Position numbers and translations under genes: made by a program. A stretch of DNA of 64,000 nucleotides from Chrysomallon squamiferum. Its lineage: Eukaryota; Animalia; Mollusca. Below are positions 1 to 15,010 of the stretch, piece after piece; positions within the stretch are counted from its first letter, which is position 1, and each line of letters starts with the position of its first letter. Under the pieces are notes generated by a model. It saw only the letters and a list, made by a program, of their open reading frames with translations, had not been told where the DNA came from and ran no database searches. The stretch is taken from NCBI GenBank assembly GCA_012295275.1, contig CM022679.1:21762001-21826000 (forward strand), in the 5' to 3' direction.

Positions 1-1695
1 CTTTCTCCTGTTTCTTTTCAGTTTTTCAATTATATATTTTTTGTTATTAATTCTGCATTTTGGAAAGTAATTATTTTAAAATAATTTTTACCTGACTATA
101 AGAAAAAAACTGGCCTAACTTTAATTAGCGGAACTAAATCATGTTTTTTTGTGTGTATCGTCTGACGGGTTATATAACTGATATTAAAAACCGAATACAT
201 TTTATAAAATAATTTAATTTGATACAATATTTCCCACCTAAAATCTACTATTATTGTTTTTGGTGCCATGAATTTTAATTTCATTTATTTTTTAAACTTT
301 TACAAAATATTTTGTTATTTTATTTTACAATTTCAAAAATGAATAAAAATAGGTAAGTAATTTAAAAAATCAAAAAATAAGAAATCAAATATTATATAAT
401 TTAACACATAAAAAAAATATTAAATAATTTAGTAAATAAAACATTGAAAAATAAGATAATATTAAAAATAAATAATGTAAAATTAAAGTAAAGTAAAGTA
501 AAGTAAAATGAAATAAATTGTTTAGAAAATTTAATTTAGCAAATAATCATTTCTATATTTTCAAATATTTCAGATTCATATACTCTCTTTGAGTTTAAAA
601 ATATCAGATTTGTAAAAAATAATTTTCCATATATTTATTTGTATTATGCTTTTTCACATGTTTAATGCTGAAGTCAAGATAATACGCAGAAATCACAATT
701 AATTATCGATTTCATATTCATTGCAATATTTTCACAAGCCACATCTATGCCTCACTGTACATGACATAATAACTTTGCTCATATCGAATAGTTATATTTA
801 TTGTTGTATTTAGAAATAAACTTACACAAAATTTCATGTTATGTTTCTTTATAGATGTATACTTTTTTACGAAAACGAATAAAAAGATTTGAATTATTTG
901 TTTGTTTTATTCTCAGAAATTGAATACATGAATGAATGAGTGAGAATGAAAAGAATTAGAAACACTGTTGACCCTTCAGTTTTGCGGACATTGGTTTTTC
1001 GGATTTCCGGATTTCCGGGTCAAATCATGAAGAATCACAAAATTTGAACTTACAACCATTTCCCTCTTGAACCCTGACCTCTAGGTAATGTTACGTTATT
1101 CTGAAGCCCGCTTTACGAGCAACAATCTCTGAACTCTCTCTCTCAATGTTAGAGCAAATTTTACGGTTGCACCCATAACTTTCCTAACCTAACAAACCTC
1201 ATGCAAACTAGTCTACGTTTCTACTGTACACTTTTCTTTACGTTTGCTGTAAGGCATTTGTTTACATAGTGTTTATGTTTGTGTATTGCTCGTACATTAT
1301 TACTGTATTATGTTACTATATTATACAGGGTTAATCTCCCATATTAGTCCGTAAAATCAAAAGTCAATAGTATTTTCCGTCAAATTGTTTACTGACATTG
1401 AAAAAGTTTTAATCATAGCGAAAGATAACTCCTGTACTACTAAAACAGAAACCATTCAAGAGTTGTCTAACGTAGACAAGGTTAATAATATTTCCTTTGT
1501 TTTGATTTTTTTTTTTTTTTTTTTTTTTTAATTAAATTAATTAATTACTTCTACTTTTAAAATTTTAAATTTTTCGTTAATTCTAATTAAAGCATGGAAT
1601 TATACAGGGAATCTTTGTTGCGGCTGTCATTAAACGGGATTCATAAACTGATATCATAACAATATTTAGTTAATTAATTTAATTTCGCGTGTTTG

Positions 1696-1737
<42 letters not shown>

Positions 1738-2549
1738 CATTTTTCATCAGTCCTATTTAACATGGGTGACCTATCTAAATTAACATCATAGAATTTTCAC
1801 AGATTTTATAGCTATGAAGATGCATTTAACTGTAATTAGATTGTATTATACCAGCTCAAATAATAATAACATATGCATATATATCTCTGTCTGTCTGTTT
1901 GTCTATCTGTTTTTAATCTATCTGTACGTCTATCTAGCTATCGTCTATCTAGCTATCTATTTCTTTTCCTGTCTGTCTGGCTGTATCTATCTATCTATAT
2001 ATGTGTATGTGTATGTCTGTGTATATATTATATTTGCTGACTTCATCACATTTTCTTCATTCGTCGTATCATCATCATCTTTATTATCAGTATTATCATC
2101 CTCCTCCTCCTCCTCATCATCATTATTATTATATTTATTATTATCATTTCAATAATCAAAAACTTGATCAACTGTCGGAAAAGAAAAAGACGAGGAAAAC
2201 TAAGTATTATTTAAGGAACATCTTTACGTCTAAACGTAAAACTTACGACCCAAGATTAAGAAATAATGTCTTTGGGTCACGTTGGTTTATCAGCAGCGTC
2301 GTAAAGAACGTGTAAGAGTCGTGCAGTGCGGCCGGAGTTTACACTGGTGCAGACTGGTTAGGGTATGTGATTTTAATACTGCCATTGCTCTTTAATTGAC
2401 TTGATATCATTTAATCATCTTGGTATCATTTAATCATCCGTTTCGTTTGTAATTTCTGTTGCAGCTGTTACAGAAATTATTTATTGTGCCACTGTTGACG
2501 CTTTTGCTGCTGCTGCTGCTGCTGTATGCCCATGCCATAATGCATGTAA

Positions 2550-3044
2550 TATTAGCAGTTGTAAGTTTAGAAGTAGTAGTTGTATTAGCAGCAGCAACAA
2601 CAATAACAGTAATTGTAGTAGTAATAGTGGTAGTAGTAGTAGTAGCAGCAATAATAATAGTAGTAGTAGTAACAGTAGTAGTAGAAATAGTAGTAGGTAG
2701 TAGCAGCAGCAGTAGCAACATAATAGTAGTTGTAATAGAAGTAGTAGTAGTAGTAGTTGTTGTTCTAATAATAGTAGAAGTAATAACAGCAGGAACAGAA
2801 GTAGTCAATGCTGTAGTTAAAGTAGTAGCAATGGCAATACTACATCTAATAATATTGATAGACATAGCAGAAGCAGTTGCCGTAGCAGCAACAATAGCAT
2901 TAGTAATACTAGGAGTAACAGTAGTAGCTGTAACTTTAGAAGTAATGGTAAAGTAGTGGTAGTAGTAGTAGTCGTTGTAGTAGTGATGATGGTGGTGATA
3001 GTGGTAGTAATACTAGTAGAAGAATGTTGTAAATGTATTTCTAA

Positions 3045-3079
<35 letters not shown>

Positions 3080-3237
3080 GAATAATAATAAGAAGAAGAA
3101 GAAGAAGAAGAAGAAGAATAATAATAAGAAGACATTTTTAACATTCTTAATTCTTGTTTTCTTTTTCTGAATTCTCGATATATTGGCATTTTTGTTCCTG
3201 GTTTCTCCTGAGAGTAAAATTATATATATAATTATCA

Positions 3238-3305
<68 letters not shown>
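2550..3305. repeat. Degenerate (GTA/GCA)n tract followed by (AAT)n, (AAG)n and (TTA)n
   Basis: Visible trinucleotide repeats. They generate the poly-V/T/I ORFs. Confidence 0.9.
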
Positions 3306-3312
<7 letters not shown>

Positions 3313-3728
3313 TTTATTTTTATTTTTTTTTTTTTGTTTGTTTAAATTATTATTATGACTGATAACATTACCACATGAACTGCCGATTCACGAAAAGAAA
3401 GCCTCTTCAGTTTTTTGATATCTTCCCTGCTAAACTATAAACCATTCATAACACCCATTAAAAAGACATGCATAAAAGCATATATCTGAAAACCTTCCAG
3501 AAATATTTTTATAACGCTGGGTTAATCAGGACATTTTAAAAGCATGTATATATAAGAGAGAGAGTTTGAGCTAAAAATGGAAAATCGTGTGCTATTTTAA
3601 GCTCTCCTATACAAGAAAAGCTTGCCTTAGCTCAGAGCAAGATAACTCTTTCGTGACCTCATGGACTATGGGATCGATCCTCAGTGTCCTATCGTTTGAT
3701 TTATTTCGTGTCTAATTTATCAACTAGC

Positions 3729-3785
<57 letters not shown>

Positions 3786-4444
3786 TTTGCTGTTTATGTG
3801 ATGTTGCAAATAAAAATATTCTATCTTTTTACTGACAAGAGTAATCAGGGGAATGTGATGAGCTGGTTTGTGTTTATGCTACGACAATCCTGTAACGTAA
3901 CTATTTAATTAGCATTTAATATATCTGTGTCAGAGCGACCTTAACAGATCACGTTTTATGCTGTCATCGTGTTATCGTTTTCTTGGTTTTTGTTTTCTTC
4001 TAGTAAATATTTTAACATGGGATCTCAAGTCACAAAATGTGCGTACGTATATGTGTATATGTATGTATATATATATATGTATGTGAATGTGTGTATGCGT
4101 CTGTGTATGTATGTATTTATATAGGTATATATGTCTGCATGTATGTTTGCATTTATGTTTGTATATATGTATGTATGCATGTATGTATGTATGTATGCAT
4201 GTATGTATGTCTCTATCTTTGGGTGTATGTATGCATGAATGTATTTTGGGGATTTGAATATTCTCCATGTTATGTACGTCTGATTAGACTCTGCACATAG
4301 ACAATATTCGGGAACTCACTGGCGCAGGAGGACAAAGGCCAATCACGACTTTACAAATATCTTCAGATGCTGAAAGTTTGGCACCCATTCGTCCATATTT
4401 CATTCGGCCGTCAAGACCACCCTATATTCATGTGTGTGTTGGTA

Positions 4445-4484
<40 letters not shown>

Positions 4485-4979
4485 TATGTGTCCATATATG
4501 TATGTGTCCATATATGTATGTATGCATGTGTGTATGCAAGTATGCGTGCGTCACTTTAAATGCATTATATAACAAAACAATTTCAAGAATGTAAAACGTG
4601 CAAACGTGCGGCTTTGATAAATAAATAACTAAATTATTGTCCTTTATTTTTCACTGTTCCCATAATGGTATATTTAAAGAATTTATTTTTCTTCCCAAAC
4701 ATGTTCATTTATCAATAAAAATAAATTTAAAGAAGAAAGAAAACATTCATATAATTTTACTGGGGTCAGAGAAAACTGAATAACTGAAATTCCATCCAGA
4801 TAATATTAAAAGATGTTTGATTATTTTTATTTCGTTTCACTGTTGAGAAAATCCCAGACTGAGAACGTTATGACTGACTCTTGTAATCAGAAACAAATTT
4901 TCTAAAAACATTTTTTTTTTTTTAAATTAAATTAAATTTAAAAAAAAAAAAAAAAAAAAAATAATAATAAAAAAAAAAA

Positions 4980-5030
<51 letters not shown>

Positions 5031-5042
5031 TAATAATAATAA

Positions 5043-5081
<39 letters not shown>

Positions 5082-5252
5082 ATGAAAAGTAATAAGCCTA
5101 AATGCTTTTTAAAAATACACACACACACACATACACACACTACTTACAGTGGAATGTTTCTTGTTAACATAAAACCCAATTTATAAACGTTTACATTACA
5201 TAACGCATTGAAATGGTACACAGATCGCAGATAAGTGGGAACGGACTGGGAA

Positions 5253-5291
<39 letters not shown>

Positions 5292-5639
5292 CCCAGACAG
5301 TAGTGGGGTGGAGGGGGGAAACTATCGTAAAAGAAATATCTTAAATAAAATTTTAAAAATTTCTGTGTTTATTGCATCATGGTTTCCAATACCTGCTTGG
5401 CGACAATTAAATGGGAGAGGTCTTTAAATGTCCAAAGAGAAGAAATGTTGTTTTGAAATTAATTTGCTTTATTTGTCTTTATCTGTTGTTTTTATAGTTG
5501 TAGCGTGCAGGATTTAGCGGTTTTGACAATAACTTTGTCAATGGGTAGTCTAGAAATGGGCGGTTTTTTGATATTTACTGGTGGGGTGGGGATCACAGAG
5601 CTGTACTGTCACCCCCCCGTTTCTTGCATAATGCAGTGT

Positions 5640-5805
5640 CAAAATAATAATAATAATAAGAAGAAGAAGAAGAAGAAGACGAAGAAGATGAAGAAGAAGA
5701 AGATGAAGAGGAAGAAGAAGAACATGAAGATGAAGAAGAAGAAGATGAAGATGAAGAAGAAGAAGATGAAAAAGAAAACACAGCAGTAGTAGTAATAATA
5801 ATAAT
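5640..5805. repeat. Compound (AAT)/(GAA)/(GAT) microsatellite
   Basis: Visible repeats. Confidence 0.9.
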
Positions 5806-7025
5806 AAAGTAAAACGGCAAAACAACTGAAAGATGCCAAGAAGTTAAAAAATAAAATAAAAAACAAGCAGGAATAATTACAACCGAAAGGTTCTGTTTTT
5901 TCAGATGAAAATACAATCTGCTAGACACCGTTAAGTAAAGAAAATAAGAACAAAGAGGAGGAAGTGATAGTTAATCACAGGAAAAAAAAATGATTACATC
6001 TTTAATGTCAAAACTTTTGAGTCGAACATATTCTCTATACAAATGGATGAAGAATAACAAAAATGACGACAACGACATAATAAAGAGAAGAAAGTTGAAA
6101 ACTACTACAACAGCAAGAACAAACATTACTTAGATTTAGATATCTAATTTCACACTAGTATTAAGATTTACTTATTTATTTATTTATTTATTTATTTTTA
6201 CTAAAAACTCTTTCTTCTAGATAAACATATTCTACAATTAATTGTCGGGATATTCATGATTTCTTACTCTGTATATTAAAACAACGTAGAATCTTCGACT
6301 GTTCTCGTACAAAAACACTATCAAATTAACCTTACTACGATTAGCATTTCTCTGTCAGTTTTCTGTTTCTCTGTCAGTCTGAATGTCAGTTTTGTTTATC
6401 AGGTATTTGTTAAAATATATCAGATGTTTGACGACGATGCACAGTACTTGTCTGTCTTTTTTCGCGTCCGTTCGTCCTTCTGATTAATTCAGTCCGTCTG
6501 TTGGTTTGACTTGACGTCTGTGAATCGCACCCGATCCCAGCAATATTTCGTTTCACCGGTTTGTTAGTATCTGCTACGTCACAGAGTCTGCACAACGTTT
6601 ACTTGCTGCATGGTGCACAGTTGAAGAAAAGACAAACATTTCAAACCTACGAATAAATAAAGTCAAAATTCTGCAAGTATTTCCCACGACTGCACCTACA
6701 TCAAACTGTGCCACTTGAGAAATGTGTATTTAGAACTTCACGTAAGATAAAACCAGACGTTTTTCGTTTTCTTATATAAAAGAGTGATTAAAAAAAAACC
6801 TTTCAGATAAAAGTATTTGATTTAATCATAGACTATCATATTATATGCTTCATCTGTCGCAGCTGGCTATTTCAAACGTACACGTGATACTTCAAATGAT
6901 GCAATAGTTTGAAGAAGTGAAAAGAAAAATGTTACATATGCAGATGTTGTTTCGAAGTCACACGTTCTGTTATTAATAGTTGCACTGATTAACATGAGCA
7001 GATAATATATTAATCTGTAAATCAA

Positions 7026-7061
<36 letters not shown>

Positions 7062-8159
7062 TTTTTTTAATTAGTAACAATCTTCATGATCAAAAATGCA
7101 ATTTACTTAAGTTTTTTTTGTCTGTGTGTGTGTGTGTATGTGTAATATTTAATACAAATATGTGATATATTAATGTAAAATCGTTATTACTATTGAAATT
7201 AAAATTAGATTATTACACAGCCAATTACATTTAACTCTGGAAATTTCTCTAATAGTAGAGTAACATCCAGATTACTTTTTCATTATAAACTATTAAACGT
7301 TTCGGACAGTAGAATTACTGAAACATTTACAAGCTTCTTACGTCAGACAGGGACGCACATACCACGCTATTTAATAAATAAGAGACTGGGTTTGGAATGG
7401 AAAGTTGAAATAATTATATAGATGTACTTTCGAGAACCACTGATACACAAATGAACGTTCTAATTCAGAGTTACAGCAACAGTTACTATTGCTGCTGCTG
7501 CTACGACTACTATAACTACTACTATTCTACATCTACTTCCACTACTGCCACTTTTATTACTATTACTACTATTATTATTACTATTCTATACAACAATAGT
7601 AATTATACTACTTCTGCATTACGAAAACTATTACTGTTAATGCTACTATTAGTACTAATACTAGTAACATTAATACTAATCATGTTCATTATTATTAAAA
7701 CAAAAATATTATTATATTTCTACTAGTTTACTAATGGCACCACTGCCAACACCATATCACTACTAATACTACTAATACTACAACTAGGGACCACTACCAC
7801 TACTACTACAGTGATAACAATGTTACTACGTCTACCATTACCATCATCATTACTACAAAAATAGCAACATTAAATAATTAATGGCTGCATTAACAGTGAA
7901 AACCACAGAGATAAGAGTAAAGTGTCATTTAATAGTCTAGACCTGAATTATAAATTATTTGTCTTTATTTGTTTGTAGCCTTTTCTACAGAACAAAATGT
8001 GAAATATTTTCAAGTAAATTTTACTGTTATTGTTCACAGGCGCCACTGAAGACACAGAATAAAACAGAATATGAATTTGTAGATAAATATGATCAGTTAA
8101 CAGACACAGGTAGATGAATAATTAGAAAGAAAGATAATATGTGTTATACGTACATATGC

Positions 8160-9133
<974 letters not shown>

Positions 9134-9304
9134 CGCTAATTAAGGAAGTAAAATAATTTTGCTTTGCGTTAAGGTGTAAGGTTGGTAGAACTGGAAATGT
9201 TCAGATGTGTGGTTCTAATGTTTGAGTAGAGTGTATGATAATATTATTATCATATTTGTACCTCTCTGTAAAATCTCTCTCTGTCTCTCTATGCATATAT
9301 AGAC

Positions 9305-9346
<42 letters not shown>

Positions 9347-10149
9347 ATGTGTATGTGTGTGTATATATGTGTGCCTGTGTGTTTGTATATGTGTATGTGT
9401 GTGTGTGTGTGTGTGTGATGTGTGTGTGTGTGTTTGTATATGTCTCTGTATGTGTGTGTATGTGTGTGTGTGGATGTGTGCCTGTGTGTTTGTATATGTG
9501 TATGTATGTTGCCCGTCTTTCGAATTTGCCCGTCTTTCGATTAAAAAATTAAATAAATCTCCAAGTGCAAGTTTAAACATTCGACAACACACGGAAAAAA
9601 ATTAAACTAAAAAAGAATATAAAGAAATAAAGATAAATAAATAAATAATAATAAAAGAAAATGTAAGTAACTAAATAAAAAATACAATAAGGATCTGAAT
9701 AAAAACTGATTTTGCTGTGGTTTACAAAAAGCATATAATTATGATTTTGTTTTGTTTTTTGTTGTTTTAATTGTTTATTACCAGTTTCTTATCACACAAA
9801 TCTTCAACACGTGATAATCTTTGCAAAACGATTCCACATCATTTGGAAAACCATAACCAACCACTCACAGCAAGTCAGTGCACCTTTTTACTATTTATAT
9901 ATAAAAAAAATAACATATATAAATATAATCATTGCTATCACCATCTACACATTTTTAGCCCATGAGACATCGAATACCTTTGAAACGTGCTTATTTTACA
10001 GCCGTTTCTTCATATATAACTTTCAATGGTCACATTAATCACGTGCAAAACATTTGTTTCTGACGTCTATCACCGGAGTTTACAACTGCATGCAAGATAT
10101 CAGACGTTTCACTGCAAATACGAATCATCTCAACTGGTTTTGTTTTGGC

Positions 10150-10345
10150 AGCTACGAGCGCGCCCCTGACGTAGATTAGGCCAATAAGACGGATTTTTTG
10201 ATTGGCTAATGAGGAAAATAATTCGCCACATCAGCAGGAAGTCTCGAAAAACAGGTGAGGCCCGCAGTAAATAAACAAGATGGCGGCGCGATCACGTTGT
10301 CTCGGTGACAGACCGCGTCAACGATACGGCAGCGCAGACAGCATC
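10150..10345. promoter_or_regulatory. Promoter-like CpG islet with CRE-like, NF-Y, ETS and YY1 motifs
   Basis: TGACGTAG 10167, CCAAT 10181, ATTGG 10201, CAGGAAGT 10235, canonical YY1 CAAGATGGCGGC 10276-10287, and donor-like CAG|gtgagg at 10254/10255. Confidence 0.55.
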
Positions 10346-10501
10346 TTATCAGCAACACTCGACGAAACAGTCATCTTTCGCTTTGTATCAGTTCAGCAGA
10401 AAAAATAACGAGGAAAAAGAGAGAGAGAAAAAACCTTTGCGGAGTAAATATTTATATTTACTGTAATAAAAAAACTTTAATAAGGAAACGAACTATAACT
10501 A

Positions 10502-10506
<5 letters not shown>

Positions 10507-10543
<37 letters not shown>

Positions 10544-10575
10544 CGTACGTACGTACGTACGTATGTATGTATGTA

Positions 10576-10606
<31 letters not shown>

Positions 10607-10607
10607 A

Positions 10608-10640
<33 letters not shown>

Positions 10641-10683
10641 ATGTATGTACGTACGTACGTACGTACGTATGTATGTATGTATG

Positions 10684-10717
<34 letters not shown>

Positions 10718-10740
10718 TGTATGTATGTATCTATGTATAT
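10507..10740. repeat. Compound (TA)n/(TATG)n/(TACG)n/(TG)n microsatellite
   Basis: Visible repeats. Confidence 0.95.
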
Positions 10741-11340
10741 GACTTCATATACTTATTTCCACTACTGATCAATGAAACCGACAGTTTCTGTTCCATTTTC
10801 TTTCTGATTCATTGAAACAACCCCAAACCCATCTACCACAAATAAACTTCTTTTTTCTCTCTCAGGTAAATCAACAGTTTATTATTACTATTATTATTAT
10901 TATTATTAACACATTTTTTTTTTTTTATATCTTTAACTAGAGAAGAATGTATAATAAAAATATTTTGAATGCGTGGTAAAATATAGTGATAAATAGAATA
11001 TTCAGATATAATGAGGATATAAATTAACATTTAAAAAAAAAAATGCATTTCTCAGGGTCTTAAATCCTCAGAGTTTTACTAAATATAATGAACCATTACC
11101 AGAGAAATACAGTATTTATAGTGATCGATGTCTGAGATTAGATACATTAACGATTTTAACACGCAATTGCTCTCTCTGTTAAACAGAACACGATATCTGT
11201 CAAAAGAGAGAATTAAACAGAACTAAACAGAGTAGTTTAATATTTGTCCATATTATTTGTTTTGTTGTTATCGTTATTTTCAGTATTAATGAGGTCATCA
11301 TCATCGTGATGCAAATTGTCTTTACAATCACTGATTCATT

Positions 11341-11525
11341 TATCAAATATTCTTTCTGGTTTATGGGAAGGTGCGGAAAACAAATTTCTTTTGGCTGGCA
11401 CAAAATAATAGCCAATCGTATTGAAACATCTGTCATTGTCTTATAGTGTTTTAACCAAATGTTTGACTCCATTTTTGTGTAGATTAAATTTGAGCCGAGT
11501 TCATCGTTAAATAAAATGTTTCTTT
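11341..11525 (+). mobile_element. Highly degenerate copy of the same SINE family, including a 3' tail
   Basis: tgggaaggtgc...aatagcc core followed by ttaaccaaatgtttgactcc...tcgttaaataaaa. Similar to the 49.5-kb copy and to recalled SINE tails. Confidence 0.4.
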
Positions 11526-11613
11526 ATTAATCTTCGTCACATATTTACCTTTTAATGACCATTTTCAAAAAACAAAAGCCAAGATATAACAATGTCAACA
11601 TTTCTATCATTTA

Positions 11614-11793
11614 AGGTCGACATTTTTATCACTGGCTATTGCAAGACGAAATTTCTATCATCGGCTATTACAGGGTCGAAATTTCTATCATCGGCTTTTA
11701 CAGGTAAAATTTTCTATCACTGGCTATTGAAGGTAGAAAGTTTTATCATCGGCTATTGCAGGTCGAAATTTCTATGATCGGCTATTATAGGTT
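11614..11793. repeat. Minisatellite, 29-30-bp unit, ~6 copies (aggtcgaaatttctatcatcggctattgc)
   Basis: Directly visible tandem units with substitutions. Confidence 0.9.
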
Positions 11794-12638
11794 AAGGATC
11801 TTGTTATATGCATCCGAGGAAAATTACTATATTTTTACCTATAATTTTTCAAGCTCATTTTCAGTGGCAGGAAAGAATGTTTAACTGTCTGTCATTGATA
11901 ACCAGTTTGTCTGTTTATAAATTTCATAATCAAACTTAATGAGCGAACTATATCTTATCTTAACAAGTATATATATGTATATATAATATAATAAATATGT
12001 ATATATATTTATGTTACCATCTGAACAGAAACAATAAAAAAAAAATAAGACGTTCTTTAACAAGCCGCAAATGCATTTCCAGTCACGTTTCAAGACCAAA
12101 ATGAAGGCGTGTCCATTTTCCATAATTCCCCCTACAATAAATAAATAAATAAATAAATAAGTAAATAAATTAAAATAAATAAAAAATTTAAAAAAAAAAA
12201 AAAAACGACACATTTCTTAAATACTACAAATTAGGCGTTTTTTAACCATGAATAATAAACACAACAGTATATTTTTCAAAAATTTCCTACGACTGTACTG
12301 AATCAAAATGTCAAGCAATGTAAATATTAACAGTATCTAACCCCACTATGAAGAATACGAGTAGCGTTCCTCGCAGAAACGTTGGACAGTGTTAATAACT
12401 ATAGTAAATATTTTTGCTAATCCACCCTAACTTGTATAATGCGAGACACGCAAAGTAAATGTAGAAGATATAGAAAATGGACAGCGGATAAACAGAAATG
12501 ATTGATGTTCGTGAACAGAGTAACGCACACATCAGAAATCACCGCAGGTATAAATACAAGTACCTAAAAATGTTACTTTGTATCAGCTATTTGGAATATA
12601 CATCTGTTTTTTAAGCAGAAAAAGTAGGGCGACAGTGA

Positions 12639-12745
<107 letters not shown>

Positions 12746-13879
12746 TGGAAGAGATAATGAGAGACATATTAAGTGAGAGAGAGAGCGTGAGAGGATGATA
12801 TAAATATTCAGAGAGAGAGAGTGAAAGAGAGAGAATGAAATAAAATGCGAAAGAGCACGAGAGAGACTTTCAGAGAGACATGTATAGAGATAAATAGACA
12901 GAGAGATAGTGAGAGAGAAATACATACAGAAATGAAAGAGAGAAATCTGAAATCCAGAACATAATTTATTCACATTCGACGTCAACTTTGGCTTGCAAAA
13001 ACAATTTACAGTGAAACTAAACGATGCAAGGGTGGTTGAGTCAGGTTTGCAGTTCACTGAAAGTAAAAATTATAACTAAAGCAGACTGAGTCAGTAGGTT
13101 TCATCTGGGAAGATCTATGCAAAGGCCTCTGAGGTTAAATTTGTTTATGTGAAATTTAATTGCTAGTTTGTCAAGAAGAAAAACGAAATCACACACACTT
13201 CAAGTTGAGATGTCAGAATGTATAAAAACTTTTCTTTTCTTTTCTTCCATTCTCCCGTTTTTCTGTCTTTGTGTTTTACAGCGGTTGTTTTTTTTTTTTT
13301 TTTTTTTTTTTTTTTTGTTTGTTTTTCTCTCGCTCAGACTTTCTGTTTTCTTGTGGGTGGGCTTTTTGGGGGGCGGGTTCGGGTGTGGTATTTAAAAAAA
13401 AAAAATTACTGTTCTTTCATTTTCGTTCATATTTTCTTTTCTTTTCTTTCTTTTTTCGTCATATGATGAATTTTTATTTAATAATCTGGGAGAAATAAGG
13501 ATAAAAACTGACATATGTGACAAAATACGAGTTTATTATCGACAAGAAGAAGAAGAAGAAAAAGATGAAGAAGAAGAATAGTTATAAGAAAGGAACAAAA
13601 GAAAAAGAAAACAATAATAATAATAATAATAATCATCATAATCATTATCATCATCATCATCGTTAAAATTACTGAATGCAAAGACAGAAATAAGACAAAG
13701 TCTCCCAAAATACAGATCGCACACATTCATGTCCATTAGTTCTGAAAGATGCAAAGTGCAGACTCGCCGCGTTTTATTACCTTAGCAGCTTTCGACAAAA
13801 ACACGCGACGCAATCAAACAGGCTGTGAGCGAAACGACCTTCGACCCTTCCATTTTTTTCTAATAACAATAAAACTCAC

Positions 13880-13936
13880 CCGAGAGAGAAAAAACAACAA
13901 CTACAAAAAGTCACTGTTATTCTACTGTTATTAACT
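13880..13936 (-). other. Candidate short non-coding first exon of a second minus-strand transcript
   Basis: Inr-like GTGTCAGTT (A at 13936) and consensus donor CGG|gtgagt (13879-13874). The upstream islet has TCACGTGA (14061), TGACGTAA (14077), CGGAAAT and GGGAAATTCA. No downstream exon was identified. Confidence 0.4.
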
Positions 13937-14441
13937 GACACGATGGGTTACCACTCCATTTTGTGTTTTTTCGTTCTCACAAAACAATTATCTTTTCAAG
14001 CGTTAAAACAGAAAAAGAAAAGGAGGTCCTCCCTTCAGTAAACAGTACTGCGAAGTCCGTTCACGTGAAACTAATATGACGTAAATGTGCGCAGGTCTGG
14101 TAATTTCAAACGCGTCGGAAATGCAGTAACGGGAAATTCAGGCGTCGTTTGTGTTAAGCGTTGTGTAAACTTGTTCAGCGTAAATCTGTTAAACATCAGG
14201 GTTTTTTCATAGGTGTTGTTATTATTTTTACATCTTTTTTTGCACAATCCTAGTTCATAGTTTTTATTTATTTATTTGTGTGCGTGTGGTTGGGTGAATG
14301 TGTGAGGGTATACGTTTTTAGGTAGACGTTTTTTTTTTTATAACTGTCTTGTATCGACTATTCTATTTCATTATGTTCTTCTACTTTTGTCTCTCGACTT
14401 TTTTATTTTTGCTATCACTGTAAATTAAACAGTTTATATTT

Positions 14442-14444
<3 letters not shown>

Positions 14445-14519
<75 letters not shown>

Positions 14520-14626
14520 GTGTTTCTCTCGCTTTCTCTCTCTCTATCTCTCTATCTCTCTCTCTCTCTTATCTCTATCTATCTCTCTCTCTCTCTCTCT
14601 TATCTCTATCTGTCTCTGTGTTTCTC

Positions 14627-14668
<42 letters not shown>

Positions 14669-14765
14669 CTATCTCTCTCTCTGTGTCTCTCTCTCTCTCT
14701 CTGTGTCTCTCTCTATCTCTCTATCTCTCTCTCTCTCTTATCTCTATCTATCTATCTCTGTGTGT

Positions 14766-14846
<81 letters not shown>

Positions 14847-14923
14847 ATCTCTATCTCTCTCTGTGTTTCTCTCGCTTTCTCTCTCTCTATCTCTCTCTCT
14901 CTCTTATCTATCTATCTCTCTCT

Positions 14924-15008
<85 letters not shown>
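14445..15008. repeat. ~560-bp (CT)n-based polypyrimidine tract with repeated interruptions
   Basis: CT runs interrupted by recurring ctgtgtttctctcgctttct and cttatctctatc modules. Confidence 0.95.

Positions 15009-15010
<2 letters not shown>

Noticed and set aside
1-620. Extremely AT-rich start of the window (organellar insertion?)
   Set aside because: No recognisable mitochondrial gene, tRNA or rRNA motif.
1323-1778. Possible Tc1/mariner MITE starting TACAGGGT
   Set aside because: The putative right TIR matches only over a ~12-bp internal stretch, which is not enough to call.
6410-6600. Relatively GC-rich stretch with a 61-aa minus-strand ORF
   Set aside because: No convincing splice sites or recognisable protein motif. 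It is more likely a regulatory islet.
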